A stretch of 32,000 bases of DNA from Geobacter metallireducens GS-15 (GCF_000012925.1 NC_007517.1:3270001-3302000); one strand, 5' to 3'. Counted from the first letter of the stretch, positions 1 to 8,363 are shown. Numbers and translations: made by a program. Notes: generated from the letters alone by a model not told the origin.

Positions 1-170
1 TAGATTCCAAAGACCTGCGGCGCCAGGAGCCGGGCAAGGACGATGTTGCCCCCGAAAAAAATCAGCTTCACCAGGACCTGGCGGATAAAGAGCGCCGTCA
101 TCCCTGAAAGCGATTTTTTCTTCAGCTCTTGAAACTCCTGCTGCTGATTGTCAGTCGTGCGGTCAGTCAC
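1..170 (-). CDS. Partial CDS (N-terminus only, runs off the window): Wzx/MOP-type polysaccharide flippase-like membrane protein
   Basis: My own minus-strand translation from GTG 170 (in-frame ATG at 101) gives VTDRTTDNQQQEFQELKKKSLSGMTALFIRQVLVKLIFFGGNIVLARLLAPQVFGI. A hydrophobic helix followed by ARLL-P--FG is typical of the first TM segment of polysaccharide biosynthesis/flippase proteins. The start lies 1 nt after the upstream gene's stop. It is too short to appear in the ORF track. Confidence 0.45.
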   Translation of the reverse strand, partial: MTDRTTDNQQQEFQELKKKSLSGMTALFIRQVLVKLIFFGGNIVLARLLAPQVFGI

Positions 171-171
171 C

Positions 172-780
172 TCAACACCCACGTGGAGCGACAATGAACC
201 GCCAACCATTAACACCGGCCTTTTTTAGTCCCTCAATCAGTTCATCCCCGCGCTTTAGTGACGTAACAACTATCGGCTCGTTGCCCCGCTGCTCCCATAC
301 AATCAAGGGCATGACCCTGACCCCAAAAAAACTATTCCCATGACCTTGATCATCCAAAACCGCGACCAACTCCAATCCCGCTTCCCGCAGTGAGAGGTAC
401 GCAATCTCCGCCACCTCGTCAACCCCACAGAACACAACCTCCGTCACCCCCTCTGCCTTGAGAGACTGAAACAACGCCAGATAGTCCTGCCGAGCAACGG
501 TGTAGAGATTGGTAAAATAACTGAGATGCTGGTAGGCGAGCCGGCTCTTTTCGGCGATCCCCGTAGGGGTAAGAAGGTAGGCGTAGCGGTTGCGGGGGAA
601 GTTCTTGACGCGGACGTACCCCTTGGCCACGAGGTTTTTTAGGTAGGAGTTCACTAGTCCGACGGCAATGCCGGCCCGGCGGGAGAGTTCCCGCTGGGAA
701 AGGGGCTCCTCGCCGGCGATTTCCGAGAGGAGGAGAAAGGAACGGTAGGAATCTAACGCCTTATCGGTCTTATCGTTCAT
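172..780 (-). CDS. EPS-associated MarR-family winged-helix transcriptional regulator with a C-terminal Rossmann-like domain
   Basis: ORF 172..816. The likely start is the internal MNDKTD (ATG 780). The wHTH segment is LSQRELSRRAGIAVGLVNSYLKNLVAKGYVRV. The gene sits inside a glycan gene cluster. Confidence 0.65.
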   Translation of the reverse strand: MNDKTDKALDSYRSFLLLSEIAGEEPLSQRELSRRAGIAVGLVNSYLKNLVAKGYVRVKNFPRNRYAYLLTPTGIAEKSRLAYQHLSYFTNLYTVARQDYLALFQSLKAEGVTEVVFCGVDEVAEIAYLSLREAGLELVAVLDDQGHGNSFFGVRVMPLIVWEQRGNEPIVVTSLKRGDELIEGLKKAGVNGWRFIVAPRGC

Positions 781-845
781 ACAATGAACACTACTGAAAT
801 CAAAGGGAAATAGCAACAGGAATGTTCACACTATGAACACCGTCA

Positions 846-2012
846 TCATCGACGTGCAGCGAGCAGGATCACAAGATGCCGGTAGACCTCGGACAGCTCC
901 ATCCCCCTGGCGTGCCACGAGTGATTGTTTTCAGCGTGCTCGCGACCCAATTGACTGAGTCGAGCCCGTTCCTCGACATCGCCAGCCAGAGAGTCAATCC
1001 TCGCCGCCAGATCAACGGCATCGCCAAACCGTGCATACACCCCGGCATCACCGAGGATCTCCCGGTTGATGGGGGTGTCGAACACCACCGTGGGCAGCCC
1101 GCAGGCCATATAGTTGAAGAGCTTGCCGTTGGCCTCGGTGAGGGAAACCTTCGGCGACACGGCCAAATCCCCTGCCGAGAGGTAGAGCGGCGCCTTGGCA
1201 TAGTCGATACGTCCGGGGAAGGTCACCATGTCGTCAACGCCCAACTCTCGGGCCTTTTCGCGATAGCCCCCTTCAGGAAACCCCATGACCAGAAAGCGGA
1301 CCGGGCTCCCTTTGGCCTTGAGGATAACCATGGCAGAAAGGAGGAGATCGATCCCCTGGTAGCGGTTCAGGACCCCCAGAAAGACCACCAGCGGCGCGTG
1401 AGACGCGATGCCGAGCTTGCGGCGAACCTCGTCCCTGGGATAGGGGCGAAACACCGCCGTATCCACCCCATCCATGAAGGCCGTCACCTTGCGGGCCGGG
1501 ACGCCCCACTTACCGACGAGATCGTCCCGGCCGGCGCCGGAGCTGGTGATGATGGCATCGGCGTTGCGGTTGATCCATCCCTCAAGCCGGGCGAAGAAGC
1601 GGCAGAGAAGCGACCCTTGCCGCGCAAAGCCGTGGTCGGCCAGCTCTCCCGTGAGGCTCCCCTGGCAGTCGAAAAGGAGGGGAACACCGACGAGTCTCTT
1701 CAGGAAAACGCCAAGGAAGGCCCCCTCGTGGAGGTGGGCGTGGATCAGATCGGGGCGCATTCGCCGGGCGGCTCGCAGGGCGGTAACGAAGAGGAGGATG
1801 TCCAGGTACGGCTTGTGCCAGGAGGGACCGGCAGAGAGTTTCCGGTACCAGGGGATGCGCACGGTGCGGTCCGTGGCAATTCCGGGCATGTCGCGCCCCA
1901 GGTGATAGGTGGCGATCCGAACTTCGTGCCCACAGGCCATGAGCGCCCGGGCCTCCTCGTAAATCCTGACGTGGCACCCCCGGTCGGCAAAGAAAGGGGT
2001 TGGAGCCACCAT
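846..2012 (-). CDS. Glycosyltransferase family 4 (GT-B, group 1)
   Basis: ORF 846..2075. The conventional GT4 N-terminus MVAPTPFFADRGCHVR begins at ATG 2012. The C-terminal half shows the typical GT1/GT4 sequence pattern (EANGKLFNYMACGLPTV). The extension to GTG 2075 ([16 protein letters not shown]) is read from the heptad array and is probably not native. Confidence 0.8.
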   Translation of the reverse strand: MVAPTPFFADRGCHVRIYEEARALMACGHEVRIATYHLGRDMPGIATDRTVRIPWYRKLSAGPSWHKPYLDILLFVTALRAARRMRPDLIHAHLHEGAFLGVFLKRLVGVPLLFDCQGSLTGELADHGFARQGSLLCRFFARLEGWINRNADAIITSSGAGRDDLVGKWGVPARKVTAFMDGVDTAVFRPYPRDEVRRKLGIASHAPLVVFLGVLNRYQGIDLLLSAMVILKAKGSPVRFLVMGFPEGGYREKARELGVDDMVTFPGRIDYAKAPLYLSAGDLAVSPKVSLTEANGKLFNYMACGLPTVVFDTPINREILGDAGVYARFGDAVDLAARIDSLAGDVEERARLSQLGREHAENNHSWHARGMELSEVYRHLVILLAARR

Positions 2013-2031
2013 CAGGACGCGGAGCGTCCTC

Positions 2032-2067
2032 GGGACCGGGGACCGGGGACCGGGGACCGGGGAAAAA
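2032..2067. repeat. Heptad array A: GGGACC(GGGGACC)3GGGGAAAAA, left inverted repeat of the cassette
   Basis: Read directly from the sequence. It is the near-perfect reverse complement of 2465..2499. Confidence 0.95.
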
Positions 2068-2433
2068 CTAGTCACCTTGTGTCTCCTTGGTCCGGTAGTG
2101 GCGAATCAGGCCGTGGAGCATTTTGCGGAGTGACGCTATGCGGTTGAGAACAGACGTAACGTCCGCAATGTAGTTTAACTTATCAGCGATGATCAACTGA
2201 GTTTCAACTTCGGCAACCGAACCAAGAGCGATATAGAGAAACTGCACAAACTCCCTGTTCGTCTGCCTCGCGGCCCCTTCCGCAATATTCGACGGTATTG
2301 AGACTGCCGCCCGCCGCAACTGGTTTGTCAAACCATGCAGTTGTTCTTTCGGAAACGACTGAGTCGCAACATAAACCGACGTCACCAGCTCAACACCCGT
2401 TTTCCAAACATCCAACTCCTTATGATCCCGCAC
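2068..2433 (-). CDS. Four-helix-bundle protein, 23S rRNA intervening-sequence protein family (TIGR02436/PF05635-like; same fold family as DGR Avd)
   Basis: 121 aa. The signature LDVWK...QLRRAAVSIPSNIAEG...EF..FL.IA.GS..E is characteristic of this family. There is an AGGAGG RBS 4 nt upstream of GTG 2433. The stop at 2068 abuts array A. Confidence 0.85.
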   Translation of the reverse strand: MRDHKELDVWKTGVELVTSVYVATQSFPKEQLHGLTNQLRRAAVSIPSNIAEGAARQTNREFVQFLYIALGSVAEVETQLIIADKLNYIADVTSVLNRIASLRKMLHGLIRHYRTKETQGD

Positions 2434-2448
2434 AAATCCTCCTGACGG

Positions 2449-3450
2449 TCATAAGTCTTTGCGATTTTCCCGGTCCCCGGTCCCCGGTCCCCGGTCCCCT
2501 ACGTTGATTCGCTCGCGAATCACGTAAATCGGTTTCCCCTGCGCTTCGTAATAGGTGCGGGCGTTAAGCTCGCCGAGAAGGCCGAGAACGATGAACTGCA
2601 CCCCCATAAAGAGCAGGAACGCGGTGAGGATGAGGAGAGGGTTGCGATTCATGTTGATATGCTCGAAAAACTTGAAATAGAGGGTTGCTCCCCCGCTGAG
2701 AAAGCCCGCAAACAAGGTATAAATCCCCCACTTGCCGAAGAGCTGGATCGGCTTGGTGGAGTAGGCGAGGAGAAATTTCACCGTCATGAGGTCGAGGACC
2801 ACCCGCATGGTGCGGGAGATGCCGTACTTGCTCGTGCCGTGGAGCCGCGGATGATGCCGCACCGGCAGCTCCGTCACCCGCGCCCCCACTTGGGAGGCCA
2901 GGGCCGGCACGAAGCGGTGCATCTCGCCGTAGAGGTTCACCCCGTCGAGGACTTCCCGGCGGTAGGCCTTGAGGGTGCAGCCGTAGTCGTGGAGGTGGAC
3001 CCCGGTCATGCGGGAGATGAGGCCGTTGGCAATGATGGAGGGAAGCCGGCGGTTGATGAAGGTGTCCTGTCGGTCCTTGCGCCAGCCCGAGACCACGTCG
3101 TACCCTTCGTTGATCTTCGACAGGAGCATGGGGATGTCGGCCGGGTCGTTCTGAAGGTCGCCATCCATGGGGACGACAACTTCTCCCCGGGCGGCGTCGA
3201 AGCCGGCGGCCATGGCCGCTGTCTGCCCGAAATTGCGGCGGAAGCGGATCACCTTCACCCGCGAATCCCTCTCGGCAATCTGCCGCAGAAGCGGGAAAGA
3301 GCCGTCGCTGGAGCCGTCGTCCACCAGGATCAGCTCATAGTCGATGCCCGTCCCGGCCAGTGCTTCGGTAACCCGTCCATAGAGAGGGGGAATGTTCTCT
3401 TCTTCGTTGTAAATCGGTATAACGATACTCAGTTTCACCAAGGACCTCAC
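2449..3450 (-). CDS. GT2 polyprenyl-phosphate sugar synthase (DPM1/GtrB/ArnC-like)
   Basis: 333 aa. GT-A motifs are IVIPIYNEEENI, VDDGSSDGS and DGDLQNDP (DXD), followed by two C-terminal TM helices. The last ~17 codons ([16 protein letters not shown]) are read from array B and the cassette interior. There is a 4-nt overlap with the upstream gene. Confidence 0.85.
   Translation of the reverse strand: MRSLVKLSIVIPIYNEEENIPPLYGRVTEALAGTGIDYELILVDDGSSDGSFPLLRQIAERDSRVKVIRFRRNFGQTAAMAAGFDAARGEVVVPMDGDLQNDPADIPMLLSKINEGYDVVSGWRKDRQDTFINRRLPSIIANGLISRMTGVHLHDYGCTLKAYRREVLDGVNLYGEMHRFVPALASQVGARVTELPVRHHPRLHGTSKYGISRTMRVVLDLMTVKFLLAYSTKPIQLFGKWGIYTLFAGFLSGGATLYFKFFEHINMNRNPLLILTAFLLFMGVQFIVLGLLGELNARTYYEAQGKPIYVIRERINVGDRGPGTGDRENRKDL
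2465..2499. repeat. Heptad array B: TTTTCCC(GGTCCCC)4, right inverted repeat of the cassette
   Basis: Read directly from the sequence. It is the reverse complement of array A apart from one G. Confidence 0.95.
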
Positions 3451-4952
3451 TGGAGATTCGTCTTCTGCAAGGCAAGCCGCTCACGCAGGGCCGGAAGAGA
3501 TGCCTGAACATCCGCGGCCTCGCTAGGGTATTCCATGCCGCCGTACGCAGCAAAGAATTCGTAGTTTTTCACCGCCTCAGCCAGATTGCCCCGACGTTCC
3601 TCCGCCTTTGCCAGCGTCAGATACGCCCGGGTATTGAGGCGGTTCAGCCGTATTGCCTCCCGTGCATGGGCAACGGCCTTGTCAGTTTCGTCCGTCAGGA
3701 GATAGCTCAGGGCAACAGTCTCCTGAACCCAGGTCGAATCTGGATTCACCGCGACAGCATGGCGCCAGAGGGTATGCTCGGTGCGCCAGTATCCGTTCTG
3801 GATGGCGGTGAGAACGGCGAGGACGAGCAAAACGGCACAAAAGCCTGCCTCAACCTTCGCGCTTCTCAGTCTCTGGAGCAGCACGGCTAGGGCGAGGCCG
3901 ACACCGGGAAGGCAGAGATACATATACCTGTCGGCAGCCAAATAGGCAACCGGCACGAGGTTTGACACCGGCAACCAAAACACGAAAAACCAGCCGATCC
4001 CCAGCGACAGAAGGGGAAGGCGGCGGGCCGCCCGCACCATCACGGTCACCAGCACGACAAGGAGTGTACCGGAAAGAAGCGCCCACGGTTGCAGGAAACT
4101 CTCTGCCAGCCGGAACGTGTATTCAGGGGCAAGCCCCACGGGGAGGACGATCTTCCAGAGATAGAACCCGAATGCCGTCATCGACCCCATAAAAAGGGGA
4201 AGGTAGCTTCGGGAAGCCATGAAACTGTTCTTAGAGTAAATGGTCAGGAGCTGCTCGGGCCGGATGAACCCTCGGAACGTGTACAGCAGATACGCCGCGG
4301 CAATGGCTCCGGACACGGCAAGAAGCAGGGGGCGACGGAGGAGAATTCGCCGTTCCCGTGGCATCCCGTAACACTCCACGAGAATGACGAGCAGGGGAAG
4401 GGTAATCACCGTCTCGTTGGCAAGGAGCGCAACGACATAGCCTGCAACGGCAACGGCCATAAACGCCACCCGCCGTCCACCGGCCAAAGCGGCAGCCTTC
4501 ACATACCCGTAGAGCGAAACCAAGGAGAAGAAGAGCGTCAGGAGTTCCTTGCGGTGCGAAAGATTCGCAACCGATTCGGACTGGAGGGGGTGTACGAGGA
4601 AGAAAAGAGCACCCAACAGGGCGTACGGGAGTTCGACCCCGAGCAGTCCAAAGACCAGAACCAGAAGAAAACCGTTCATCCCGTGCCAGGCGAGCTGCTG
4701 AACCCGGTACCCCGCCGGCTTTTCACCGAACAGGTGATACTCCGGGATATAGGTCAGTTCCCGCAGGGGACGACCGGGGCGACTATTCTCAACAAAGCCT
4801 TTAAGGGAATGGGCGTCGGGGTTTTGCACAATGACCGGCACATCGTCATAGGTCCAGTCGTTGAGGAAGGTATTCCCGTACACCACCACGGTCGTCGCAA
4901 GGAAGAACAGCAGGACCGTTCTCTTCCTGATCCCTGTCAAACACCCGGTCAC
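3447..4952 (-). CDS. GT-C type membrane glycosyltransferase with C-terminal TPR repeats (PMT/TMTC/ArnT-like)
   Basis: 501 aa. The N-terminal region is polytopic, with an acidic first-loop motif NDWTYDDVPVIVQN. The C-terminus is TPR-like (AYLTLAKAEERRGNLAEAVKNYEFF). It is translationally coupled on both sides by ATGA-type overlaps. Confidence 0.7.
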   Translation of the reverse strand: MTGCLTGIRKRTVLLFFLATTVVVYGNTFLNDWTYDDVPVIVQNPDAHSLKGFVENSRPGRPLRELTYIPEYHLFGEKPAGYRVQQLAWHGMNGFLLVLVFGLLGVELPYALLGALFFLVHPLQSESVANLSHRKELLTLFFSLVSLYGYVKAAALAGGRRVAFMAVAVAGYVVALLANETVITLPLLVILVECYGMPRERRILLRRPLLLAVSGAIAAAYLLYTFRGFIRPEQLLTIYSKNSFMASRSYLPLFMGSMTAFGFYLWKIVLPVGLAPEYTFRLAESFLQPWALLSGTLLVVLVTVMVRAARRLPLLSLGIGWFFVFWLPVSNLVPVAYLAADRYMYLCLPGVGLALAVLLQRLRSAKVEAGFCAVLLVLAVLTAIQNGYWRTEHTLWRHAVAVNPDSTWVQETVALSYLLTDETDKAVAHAREAIRLNRLNTRAYLTLAKAEERRGNLAEAVKNYEFFAAYGGMEYPSEAADVQASLPALRERLALQKTNLQ

Positions 4953-5962
4953 GGCGTCAACCGTCCGTCATTGTCGGCGCGCGCAACGCCGGCGGCGGCC
5001 CACGGCATCCCCAACTCCTTAATCACCCGCACCGCCACCGCCGGTGGCTCTGTCTGAGACTGTGCGAAACGGGGTCGGAGCACCCCCTTAAGCAACCCCG
5101 CCCCGTACGACAGATGGAGGGTTGGAAAGAGTATAAACAGCAAAGGGATTGCAGCCGGAGCCCTTCCCTGCCATGCTGCGGCAACGGCAGCTGCAATAAG
5201 TAACGCGCCGTAACAGATCAAGGGGATAAACCACAACAGCGTCGGTGCCCAGGGGAGCAGCAGAAGATAGGCGAGAAAAAACGCCGGCGCGAAATCGATC
5301 CCGTGGCGGAGGCCGGCAATGCGCGTCTGCTCTCCCCGTCCGGTCCCGTAGCCGAAAAACTGGCGCATAAAAGCCCGAAAGCTTGGCCGCTGGCTCCGAT
5401 AAATCGCCAACTCCGGGTCGTGGACCAGGAGCCATCCATCGGTCAGGAGGCGATCCATAAGCTCGTTTTCTTCATTCGGGTAGAGGCGTTCATCGAGCCC
5501 TCCAAAGGCAAGGAAGAGTTCCCGGCGGAAGGCCAGATTGCAGAGGATCAGCTCCCGCTCGCTTGAGGGACGTGCGGCGCCGGTCCGGCGGTAGCGGTTG
5601 CGCGCCCCGCCGCCACCGAAGGGAGAGGAAATAACGAGCCCCACAGCCCGCTGGAAGAAGGTGTCGGTTGCCGGAGTAAGGGACGGTCCCCCCACTGCCG
5701 CCACACGCGGATCAACGAAGCGCTCGACCGCTCGCTGCAAAAAGGCGGGATCAACCAGCGAGTCGTCATCGAGGAAATATACCAGCTTCCCCTTGGCCAT
5801 GGCAGCTGCCCGGTTCCGCTGGCGGCTCGGCGAACACCCTTCGGCGACAAGCACCTCAATGCTCCCGGCCGGGTAGTTAACCGTGCGGAGCCGCTCCACA
5901 GCCCGAACCTCGCCCCCCGGGCGGACGGGAATTATGATCGAAACCGGCTGATTATCATTCAT
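4949..5962 (-). CDS. Glycosyltransferase family 2 with a C-terminal membrane domain
   Basis: ORF 4949..6007. The likely start is MNDNQPVSIIIPVR (ATG 5962). It has an FLDDDS DXD-type motif and C-terminal hydrophobic helices. Confidence 0.75.
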   Translation of the reverse strand: MNDNQPVSIIIPVRPGGEVRAVERLRTVNYPAGSIEVLVAEGCSPSRQRNRAAAMAKGKLVYFLDDDSLVDPAFLQRAVERFVDPRVAAVGGPSLTPATDTFFQRAVGLVISSPFGGGGARNRYRRTGAARPSSERELILCNLAFRRELFLAFGGLDERLYPNEENELMDRLLTDGWLLVHDPELAIYRSQRPSFRAFMRQFFGYGTGRGEQTRIAGLRHGIDFAPAFFLAYLLLLPWAPTLLWFIPLICYGALLIAAAVAAAWQGRAPAAIPLLFILFPTLHLSYGAGLLKGVLRPRFAQSQTEPPAVAVRVIKELGMPWAAAGVARADNDGRLTP

Positions 5963-6042
5963 CCTTGAATGCCTTGAAAAACACAAAAACCGGGAGATCC
6001 CGGTCATGACGTTTGATGCGAAATGGCCTGTCCGGCAGCCGG

Positions 6043-8235
6043 TCAGAACGACTTTTTCATGGAGGCCATCAGGCGCTTCTCGACCCGTTCATCATCCTTG
6101 CGTTTTCCGTAACTGTAGTCGATATTGAACTGAAACTTGCGGAAATTGAGCCCCACATAACCGTTGTAGATGAATTCAGGGGCGTTTCTTGGCAGCAAGA
6201 GCGAATAAGCGACATTGCCGCCAAGGTACAGGTTTCGGAGCGGATAATACCGGGCGCCGAGCAGGAAGCGCTTCCTCCCCGTGGTCGTTGACGTTGACGA
6301 AATCGTGTCGCTCTGGGATATGGTGAACTCTTCGGTCAGCTCCAGAAGTTTACGCTGCTGGCCGCCCAACTGATAAAACGAATAGGTAAGCCTCTGCATC
6401 AGATCCACATAGGTGGAGTTGTTTCCCTTTTCGTCCCGTTTGTAAATCATATAGCGCACCAGGGCGTCAAGGGAGCGGTTCGGCGTATACTGGGCACTGC
6501 CGGTGTGCTGCAGATCGGTTGAGCGGCCATCGGCATTGCTGCGCAGAGAGACGCGATTTTCCATGTTCAAGCGCAGGTTGTCAAGGGTGTAGTCAACCCG
6601 GTTGCTAACCGTGGTCAGGTAGTCCGTAGTGGCCTGTGAACTCACGAGAACATCTTCGGTAGCAGTCAGGGAGACGGTTAACCGCGAAAGCGGGAGCCAG
6701 GAGAGGCCGGCAGTGGTGACGGAGCGGTAATAGTCATTGGGCTGCTCCTCACGGCGGAACACATCGTTTGAGTTGCCGAAGTTGGTCTGGGTAGTGATTG
6801 AGTAGCTGTCAGTCAGTGCCGCGCTGTTGCCCCGCACCGCGGTCACGGATTCATCGAGGTTCAAGGTCAGTTGCGGGTTTACCCGGTAACCGAGCCGTCC
6901 CCTGGCGTTCTGGAAGAGATAGCTTGACGCCCCCTCCCTCTCGGAATCGAGATAGCGGATATTGTAGCTCCCCCCCACGGTAAATTGGTCGGAAAAGCGT
7001 CTCGTGCTCATGGTCTCCAGCAGGGCTTCCAGTCCCAGGGTCTTTGTCCCGTTGGATTCGGCATCCTCGACCGTATACCGTTGGGAAAGGGTAAAGGGAG
7101 ACCGTTTGAAGCTCTCCAGCCGGAACATGGCACTGGTGTTGTTGTCGATCGTCGTTGTCAGGCGGTTCTGCTTTACCTCACGGTCGCGCCGGGTAACCGA
7201 CGCATTCCAACTGGAATCCATGCCGAACGCCCCCGACAGGTAGAGGGGGATGTTTCTCTCCAGGCGGATCTCGTTGCCCTCGCGCTCCCGGGAGAAGGTG
7301 AGAAAACTCCTGGCGTCCCAGTTCTTACGCTGGGCCATGGCAAAAAAGTTCACGTCATAGGCATCGTTATGACTGGCAGACCGCTTGGTGTACTGGAAAT
7401 CAGTGGAGATCTTGAGCCAGTTGGTGAGGTCGATCCAGCGGCGCTGGAGCGTGTGGTCCACGGTCCCCAACTGCACCTGGCTCTCCTGGTAGCTCTGGCC
7501 CGGGTTGATGTAGTCATCGAAGCGGGTGGTCCGGTAGTGGAACCAGTTGTCGCGCTTGTTGAGGCTGACAAAGGCAAGCTTGCGCAACCGGGTGTCGACC
7601 GGCGTGATGCTTCTCGAATCCTCGTGCCGCTCGTCCCGATAATCCAGGAGCACCATGGGGATGTGACGAAAAATGGCGTTATAGCCGTTGGTGAGGCCGT
7701 TTTTGACACCCAATACCATCGTTGCCCCGGTGAGGGTGTTGGTCCCGGTGCCGTTCAGGGAGGTAATGATGTTCGGCTCGAAAATCCGCCCACTCCTCCC
7801 CTCGGTCAGCAGAGAATCCATGGTGAACGTCGAGGTGGTCATGTCGCGGGAGTAAGCCTTGAGCTTCAGGGGAAGCTCGGCCGGATCCAGCACCAGTTCA
7901 CCGTTGAACAGGATCTTGCCGGCGCTCGTCGAAGGTTTCCACGTGGCGTTGTCCGCCGCGTTGTAGACCCGTGAATCGAAGGAGGCCCACTCGTAGCCGA
8001 GGGCGCCGTTGTAAAAGCCGAAGCGGTCGCTGTACAGTTCGCCGCTCTTTTCGTACAGCACTGAATAGCGCTGGCTGAAGGTATGGGCGTCGGTTACCGT
8101 CGTCCCCTTTTCCTGCGCCTCGTAGGAGACATAGTTCAGCTCTATATCGCCCCGCAGCCGCGCCGACGCGCGGGACGCCTGCAGCAGCACCGCAGACATC
8201 AGCAGAAACGTTATGAGGAGCGAGCGACGAATCAT
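6043..8235 (-). CDS. Large predicted outer-membrane beta-barrel protein (~705 aa mature)
   Basis: ORF 6043..8379. A plausible start is ATG 8235, giving the signal peptide MIRRSLLITFLLMSAVLLQASRASA. The sequence has an alternating, Y/N/S/T/R-rich composition. The terminal residue is Phe (...MKKSF), typical of OMP barrels. The ORF upstream of 8235 runs through terminator hairpins. Confidence 0.65.
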   Translation of the reverse strand: MIRRSLLITFLLMSAVLLQASRASARLRGDIELNYVSYEAQEKGTTVTDAHTFSQRYSVLYEKSGELYSDRFGFYNGALGYEWASFDSRVYNAADNATWKPSTSAGKILFNGELVLDPAELPLKLKAYSRDMTTSTFTMDSLLTEGRSGRIFEPNIITSLNGTGTNTLTGATMVLGVKNGLTNGYNAIFRHIPMVLLDYRDERHEDSRSITPVDTRLRKLAFVSLNKRDNWFHYRTTRFDDYINPGQSYQESQVQLGTVDHTLQRRWIDLTNWLKISTDFQYTKRSASHNDAYDVNFFAMAQRKNWDARSFLTFSREREGNEIRLERNIPLYLSGAFGMDSSWNASVTRRDREVKQNRLTTTIDNNTSAMFRLESFKRSPFTLSQRYTVEDAESNGTKTLGLEALLETMSTRRFSDQFTVGGSYNIRYLDSEREGASSYLFQNARGRLGYRVNPQLTLNLDESVTAVRGNSAALTDSYSITTQTNFGNSNDVFRREEQPNDYYRSVTTAGLSWLPLSRLTVSLTATEDVLVSSQATTDYLTTVSNRVDYTLDNLRLNMENRVSLRSNADGRSTDLQHTGSAQYTPNRSLDALVRYMIYKRDEKGNNSTYVDLMQRLTYSFYQLGGQQRKLLELTEEFTISQSDTISSTSTTTGRKRFLLGARYYPLRNLYLGGNVAYSLLLPRNAPEFIYNGYVGLNFRKFQFNIDYSYGKRKDDERVEKRLMASMKKSF

Positions 8236-8264
8236 GACTCTACCAGGTACCGAAACGGGGACAA

Positions 8265-8301
8265 GGGGAAAAACGGCCCGGCACAGAGGGGAGCCGGGCC
8301 G
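8265..8301 (-). terminator. Rho-independent terminator/attenuator downstream of omcE
   Basis: On the minus strand: CGGCCCGGC-tcccctctgt-GCCGGGCCG followed by TTTTTCC. The stem is 9 bp of G/C. Confidence 0.7.
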
Positions 8302-8321
8302 AAAACGATCGTTTGACAGAA

Positions 8322-8352
8322 CCGATGGAGACGGGCTTGCCTTCTCCATCGG
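8322..8352 (-). other. 10-bp perfect hairpin immediately after the omcE stop
   Basis: CCGATGGAGA (8322-8331) pairs with TCTCCATCGG (8343-8352). No U-tract follows. It may be an mRNA 3'-end stabiliser. Confidence 0.5.
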
Positions 8353-8363
8353 CTCGTCACAAC

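Larger units (their letters stand above)
2032..2499 (-). other. Single-gene cassette bounded by inverted repeats (IVS-like), inserted at the GT2/GT4 gene junction
   Basis: Inverted arrays of about 34 nt have their GGGAAAA tails facing inward. They enclose exactly one gene, which has its own RBS. Both neighbouring genes have termini encoded by the arrays. Confidence 0.5.

Noticed and set aside
876-2147. Long antisense ORFs in the track opposite real genes. Examples are 876..2147(+), 2659..3507(+), 4089..5057(+), 6985..7974(+), 12917..13783(+), 16046..17632(+), 18345..19202(+), 19442..20488(+), 20682..21536(+), 21623..22696(+), 23735..24544(-), 24668..25198(-), 25262..25771(-), 28575..29429(+), 29380..30255(+) and 30969..31898(-).
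   Set aside because: Their composition is rich in Gly/Arg/Pro/His/Asp, which is typical of shadow frames in GC-rich DNA. They have no RBS and no recognisable domains. Each is fully overlapped by an opposite-strand gene with clear family motifs.
2068-2433. The four-helix-bundle gene as the Avd component of a diversity-generating retroelement.
   Set aside because: The window contains no reverse transcriptase gene and no template/variable repeat pair with adenine-specific differences.
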